A stretch of DNA of 63,979 nt, filler included, from an uncultured bacterium (lineage in GTDB: Bacteria > Latescibacterota > UBA2968): NCBI GenBank assembly GCA_964471275.1. It is 3 parts of 3 records of this genome, joined end to end, with 100 filler letters (N's around TTAATTAATTAA, not from the genome) between each part and the next. Parts side by side here need not be neighbours in the genome. Positions count along the whole stretch, not along the records: positions 55,901 to 63,979 come from CAYYGZ010000217.1; 2 more parts are not named here. The stretch is one strand, 5' to 3'. The notes under the pieces are model-generated. The model saw only the letters and a program-made list of their open reading frames with translations, was not told the origin of the DNA and ran no database searches. Of this stretch, positions 59,493 to 63,979 are shown piece after piece (within the stretch, counting starts at the first letter, position 1; every line of letters starts with the position of its first letter). The translations under genes were made by a program, and so were the position numbers.

Positions 59493-59561
59493 TGACCTGC
59501 CTCCCTAGAATGTTCCCATATCCTAACTTTAGAATTGGAAACATTCTAGGGGGGCAGGTCA
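59493..59561. mobile_element. 69-bp miniature element of two IS3-like inverted repeats
   Basis: TGACCTGCCTCCCTAGAATGTTCCCA...TGGAAACATTCTAGGGGGGCAGGTCA (about 26-bp imperfect IR, TG...CA ends). Confidence 0.75.
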
Positions 59562-59871
59562 CGGGCGATACGACTAACTTCCTGGATAAATTTTATTGGC
59601 ACTTTTCATGATGGATCTGACGAAGCGACAAAAGCTCTGCAGGAACGGTTGAAGAATAGAGTTGCTGCCAGAGGATAGATATGCAGCCTCACAACTATTG
59701 AAAATTCGCTTCGGGCTGATGAATGTATTGTTCTGGAGTTAGCCCGGTTGAGTGGACAGTTCCCGATTTGGGTTAGCATTCGAGACTTCGAAATTTATCG
59801 GTGACTTCTGTCCGACACCTTCAAGATGGTAGGGCTTAGCGAAGCTCACCGAATCCTTTAGGCTCGATAAC

Positions 59872-62133
59872 TTGATGGCACACAGATCGGTCGATGTTCT
59901 GGTTGCGGGCGGCGGTATGGCGGGCGTCTTCGCAGCCCTCGGCGCAGCGTCGGAGGGGATTTCCGTCTGTCTGATCGAGCCGAGCAACGTGCTTGGCGGT
60001 CAAGGGACGGCCGGAGGCGTCGCTGGATTCTGTGGGGACACGGCTCAGGTAAATCGACCGTTTGCCGAGCTCGTGGGAACGCTGCTTCAACACGACAAGA
60101 TTGCGCCTCTCAACCCCACCGCTGATCGCCGTCCTTTCGACCTCGAAATCTGTGGCTTCTTCCTTCAGGAGCAGGTCATCGCAGCCGGTATCGATGTCTT
60201 CCTACACGCGCGTGTGCTCGAAGCCATCGCGGACGACACGGGGACCGTCACTTCTGTACGTGTATCCTGCGCATCCGACATCATCGAATTCGAGCCTGGA
60301 TTCGTGATCGACGCGACGGGAGATTGCGTGATCGCCGATCGCGTAGGCTTCTCGACTCTCCACGACCGTGAGAACGTCCAGCTCCCGATGTCCCTCTATT
60401 TCACCCTCTGGGATACGGGGACGCGGGTCGATCCATTCCTGCCGCCCGACTGCCCGACGTGGACCGACGACGACAGCCTGCCAATGACATCCCTCCACGT
60501 TTTCGAGACGGGAAAAGTTGAGGTGAAGATGAAGGTCGTCGGGTTTGACGCAGCCACCGGCGAGAGCCTCTCGAAGGCAGAGATCCACGCCAGGCGCCAA
60601 ATGATGGGCTTGATCTACCACCTACAAACGCTCGGGTATCAGGGCCGAAAGCTCGACAGACACGTGCTCTCCTCAGTCTCCCGACACATCGGCCAACGAG
60701 AAGGCCGTCGTCTGGTCGGAGACTACGTGCTGACCGAAGAAGACGTCACACACGCATCGGTTTTCGACGACGCCGTGGCCGTCGGGACATACCACCTCGA
60801 CTACCACTGGCCGGACAAAGTGGAAAGGGCGGGGACGGGCATCACGACGATGGTGGAGCCCTACCACATTCCACTCCGTAGCCTCGTGGCCAAGGGATCA
60901 AGGAACCTCACATCAGTCGGAAGATCGGTTTCTGGCGAACAGATGGCGATGAGCTCCTACCGCGTTCAGGCAACGTGCGCTCAAACGGGCTTTGCGGCCG
61001 GCTGCGCGTCTGCGGTCTGTGCACGGAACGGTTCCGACTTCAGCGAGCCGCCCATCGAATCGATCCAGGCGAGGATTGAATCCGAGGGCCAGAGCCTCGA
61101 CCTGTCCGACTACGGTCAGTATCTGCGACACAAGATCCACGTCCGCGAGCACATCTTCGAGACACAGGATGCCTTCGACTCGTGTCACGCCTCCACACTG
61201 GTCCAGGTGCGGAACGGACGTATCCTTGCAGCCTGGTTCGGCGGATCTCGTGAGGGTCACGACGATGTGGGAATCTGGTTGTCCACGCGAGAAAAGTGTT
61301 TGTGGACGAAGCCGATTCGTGTCGCACGCGTTCGGAACAAGCCGCACTGGAATCCGGTCCTGTTTGAAGACCAGGGAATCGTCTACCTGTTCTTCAAGGT
61401 CTCGGTGGATGGACAGACCACGACCAATCGAATGCGCGTATCCGACGGCTGGGAAACCTGGTGGATGCACTCGCACGACCGGGGTGACTCCTGGTCGTCA
61501 CCGGCCCCGCTGGTCCCGGGTGACCAGCAGGGCCGTGGCCCGGTAAAGAACAAGCCGATACGGATCTCCAACGGTGACTGGCTGGCAGGTGCTTCGATCG
61601 AGACGGCAGACACGTGGGAGGTGTTTGTTGACCGAAGCTCGGACCAGGGGCTATCGTGGGAGGCGAGCGAGTTCGTTTCCATGGATCGCGACCTCTTTAC
61701 CGGGAAAGGGGCAATCCAGCCGACGCTGTGGGAATCGGGGCCGGGGAAGATCCACATGCTGGTGCGAACGACCGCTGGCTATGTGGGACGATCGGATTCC
61801 GACGACTTTGGCCAATCGTGGTCGGAACTGCACGCCACGGACCTGCCCAACAACAATAGCGGCCTTGATGTAGCCAAACTGGACGACGGATCGATTGCGC
61901 TGGTATGCAACCCGACCAGCGAACGCGTTCGCGCACCACTGTCGATCCTGTTGTCCCAAGACAATGGGCTGACCTGGGATCGCAGGCTGGATGTCGAATC
62001 GGACGACGGACGCTACTCCTACCCAGCGATCATTCCCACACGCGTTGGGATGGCCATCGCCTACACGTGGAAACGGGAACGGATCGGTTTCTGGATGGGA
62101 TCGGTCGAGCAGATCCCCGAGGGAAGTGTATGA
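59872..62133 (+). CDS. FAD-dependent oxidoreductase fused to a BNR/sialidase-like beta-propeller
   Basis: N-half VAGGGMAG, IDATGD, REGRRLVGDYVLT, PYHIPLRSL; C-half CHASTL, AWFGGSREG, Asp boxes (SHDRGDSW, SSDQGLSW, SDDFGQSW, SQDNGLTW), YSYP. Confidence 0.85.
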   Translation: MMAHRSVDVLVAGGGMAGVFAALGAASEGISVCLIEPSNVLGGQGTAGGVAGFCGDTAQVNRPFAELVGTLLQHDKIAPLNPTADRRPFDLEICGFFLQEQVIAAGIDVFLHARVLEAIADDTGTVTSVRVSCASDIIEFEPGFVIDATGDCVIADRVGFSTLHDRENVQLPMSLYFTLWDTGTRVDPFLPPDCPTWTDDDSLPMTSLHVFETGKVEVKMKVVGFDAATGESLSKAEIHARRQMMGLIYHLQTLGYQGRKLDRHVLSSVSRHIGQREGRRLVGDYVLTEEDVTHASVFDDAVAVGTYHLDYHWPDKVERAGTGITTMVEPYHIPLRSLVAKGSRNLTSVGRSVSGEQMAMSSYRVQATCAQTGFAAGCASAVCARNGSDFSEPPIESIQARIESEGQSLDLSDYGQYLRHKIHVREHIFETQDAFDSCHASTLVQVRNGRILAAWFGGSREGHDDVGIWLSTREKCLWTKPIRVARVRNKPHWNPVLFEDQGIVYLFFKVSVDGQTTTNRMRVSDGWETWWMHSHDRGDSWSSPAPLVPGDQQGRGPVKNKPIRISNGDWLAGASIETADTWEVFVDRSSDQGLSWEASEFVSMDRDLFTGKGAIQPTLWESGPGKIHMLVRTTAGYVGRSDSDDFGQSWSELHATDLPNNNSGLDVAKLDDGSIALVCNPTSERVRAPLSILLSQDNGLTWDRRLDVESDDGRYSYPAIIPTRVGMAIAYTWKRERIGFWMGSVEQIPEGSV

Positions 62134-62360
62134 AGGCTGAGCACGTAGAGGTCTACAGACAGCCCGGTCGATTCGCGGACTGGCCGGCCAACTACGGAAT
62201 CTGGTCGTGGGGAAACGAGATCGCCGTCAGTTTCACCCTCGGACACAATGGACTTGTCTGGAGGCTTTCACGCACGTGACAAATCGCGACCCTTTGTGAC
62301 CAAGCAGGCGCGGAGTCTGGACGGCGGGAAGACCTGGGATGTCGGCAAAGCTGCAACACC
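62130..62360 (+). pseudogene. N-terminal fragment of a BNR/sialidase-like gene
   Basis: MKAEHVEVYRQPGRFADWPANYGIWSWGNEIAVSF, then after a frameshift ARSLDGGKTW (Asp box); truncated. Confidence 0.6.
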
Positions 62361-62471
62361 GTGGCGTAGGCACGGCGTGGAGAGTAGTTGCTGGCTTTGG
62401 TCGGACATCATACTGATCGTCGCAGAAGGGACAGCAAGGAGCGGCGCTAATCCGCCCAGGAGGTCGAAGCG

Positions 62472-63728
62472 ATGAATCGCCCCAACATCATTCTTATCGT
62501 TGCCGATGACCTTGGCTATGGTGACGTAGGCTGCTATGGCAACACCGTCAACGCGACTCCCCACATTGACGCTCTGGCCGATGGCGGTATGAAATTCACC
62601 GATTTCCACTCGAACGGCCCAGTCTGCAGTCCCACCAGGGCGGCCCTGCTCACCGGACGATATCAACAGCGCGCGGGGATCGAATCCGCTTTAGGGGAAG
62701 ACGAACAAGGGCTGAGCTCTAGCGAATTGACAGTGTCGACGTGCTTGCAGAACGCTGGATATGCAACCGGAATGTTCGGGAAGTGGCACCTCGGGATGTC
62801 TCTGGAAGAGGGACCCAACCGACACGGCTTCCAGCAGTTTATCGGACATCGGCACGGGGCGCTCGATTACCGCTCTCACGTGACCAAGTATGGCGCAGTT
62901 GACTGGTGGCAAAACGAAGAGCTCTGCAATGAGGAGGGCTATTGCACCGAACTCATCACTGATCATGCCGCTCGGTTCATCGAGGAGCAGCAAAGGAGCC
63001 CCTTCTTCCTCTTCGTTTCTCATTCCGCGATTCACTTCCCGTGGATGGCTCCTGAGGATCCTGCTCACCGTCGACCAGGCGTTCGCTACGAAGACCTGAG
63101 CAGACTCGGCCCTCACGCGCCTGAAGAGGTAGGACGCGTTGTGAGGAAGATGATCGAGTCTCTGGACGACAGCGTGGGACGAATTATGGGGACGGTCCGT
63201 AATCTCGGCCTCGAGCAAGAGACCTTTATCTTCTTCACCTCTGACAACGGTGGAATCCGGAAATACGCGGGTGGATTCAATGAGATCTCTTCGAATGGCC
63301 CTTTCAGGAACGGGAAAGGATCGGTCTATGAAGGTGGGCACCGCGTGCCGGCTATCGCCTACTGGCCTGGCACAATCGCGCCAGGAACAACGACCGATGA
63401 GACTGCGATGACGATGGATCTTTTCCCTACGTATCTGTCTCTGGCGGGCGAGGACCTTCCCGAAGACCTGATTCTCGACGGTATGGATCTACGGTTCGTG
63501 ATGCTCGAGGAGATGCCATTGCCTGAACGATCCCTCTTTTGGCGTCTCAGGCGAAAGAAGGCGGTCCGAAAAGGAGAGTGGAAACTGTGTGCACACGGTA
63601 ATGAGCGAGAACTCTATAACCTGTCGGATGACCGCTCTGAGACGGAAGACCTCTCAAACGCGAATCCGAAAGTTCTGGAAGACCTTAAGGCAGATCTGTT
63701 TCACTGGGAACGGGAAGTTGGTCTATGA
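62472..63728 (+). CDS. Arylsulfatase A-like sulfatase
   Basis: PNIILIVADDLGYGD, CSPTRAALLTGRY, GKWHLG, SDNGG, GKGSVYEGGHRVP, ELYNL..D..E. Confidence 0.95.
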   Translation: MNRPNIILIVADDLGYGDVGCYGNTVNATPHIDALADGGMKFTDFHSNGPVCSPTRAALLTGRYQQRAGIESALGEDEQGLSSSELTVSTCLQNAGYATGMFGKWHLGMSLEEGPNRHGFQQFIGHRHGALDYRSHVTKYGAVDWWQNEELCNEEGYCTELITDHAARFIEEQQRSPFFLFVSHSAIHFPWMAPEDPAHRRPGVRYEDLSRLGPHAPEEVGRVVRKMIESLDDSVGRIMGTVRNLGLEQETFIFFTSDNGGIRKYAGGFNEISSNGPFRNGKGSVYEGGHRVPAIAYWPGTIAPGTTTDETAMTMDLFPTYLSLAGEDLPEDLILDGMDLRFVMLEEMPLPERSLFWRLRRKKAVRKGEWKLCAHGNERELYNLSDDRSETEDLSNANPKVLEDLKADLFHWEREVGL

Positions 63729-63904
63729 TCGCTGTCGGATCAGGAAATTGAATACCTGCGGAGCAGTCTACAAAAACCTGACTAAGACGTTGAACAAAAA
63801 CGCAACATCCTGGCCCACTTGATCCACCAGATCAAGATCCCACCTAGCGGCCACGGGGAATTGCAATTCTACGATCCCCAGCAGCACCTCCCGATGGTAC
63901 TATC

Positions 63905-63956
63905 AAAAAAAGACGACGGGCGAGAAGCCAGTAAAAACGCCTCCCGCCCTGTCGCC
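63905..63956 (-). terminator. Minus-strand hairpin with U-tract
   Basis: GGCGACAGGGCGGGAGGC-loop-GCTTCTCGCCCGTCGTC then 7 T on the minus strand. Confidence 0.65.
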
Positions 63957-63979
63957 CTCACGTTGGTGACCCCGAGGGG

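Overview
This is a GC-rich bacterial draft genome window made of three contigs joined by artificial 100-bp N/TTAATTAATTAA spacers (27874-27973 and 55801-55900). A cohesin/dockerin-like secreted protein, several sulfatases and the futalosine pathway suggest a Latescibacterota-like heterotroph; that assignment is inference only. Contig 1 has a minus-strand housekeeping run: thrS-infC(ATT start)-rpmI-rplT, zapB-zapA-6S RNA-rny-ymdB, and xseA-AKR-xseB-nadK-recN-mqnE-mqnC-mqnA. Upstream of thrS is the most unusual block, all co-oriented: queE; a deiodinase-like selenoprotein hidden by an in-frame UGA with a candidate SECIS, reading in-frame into a UroD/MtaA-like domain; a TGT with a non-canonical substrate loop; and, overlapping it, an FmrO/Sgm/Rmt-family 16S rRNA m7G1405 methyltransferase homologue. 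Contig 2 carries metabolic and transport genes (pckA, amidase, nucleoside-type ABC, EpmA with an OB-fold-like extension, desaturase-sulfatase-GDPD) and many pseudogenes. Contig 3 begins with a decayed mobile region (duplicated structured element, IS3-like ends and a 69-bp MITE, serine recombinase and excisionase-like remnants), followed by an FAD oxidoreductase-sialidase fusion and an arylsulfatase.
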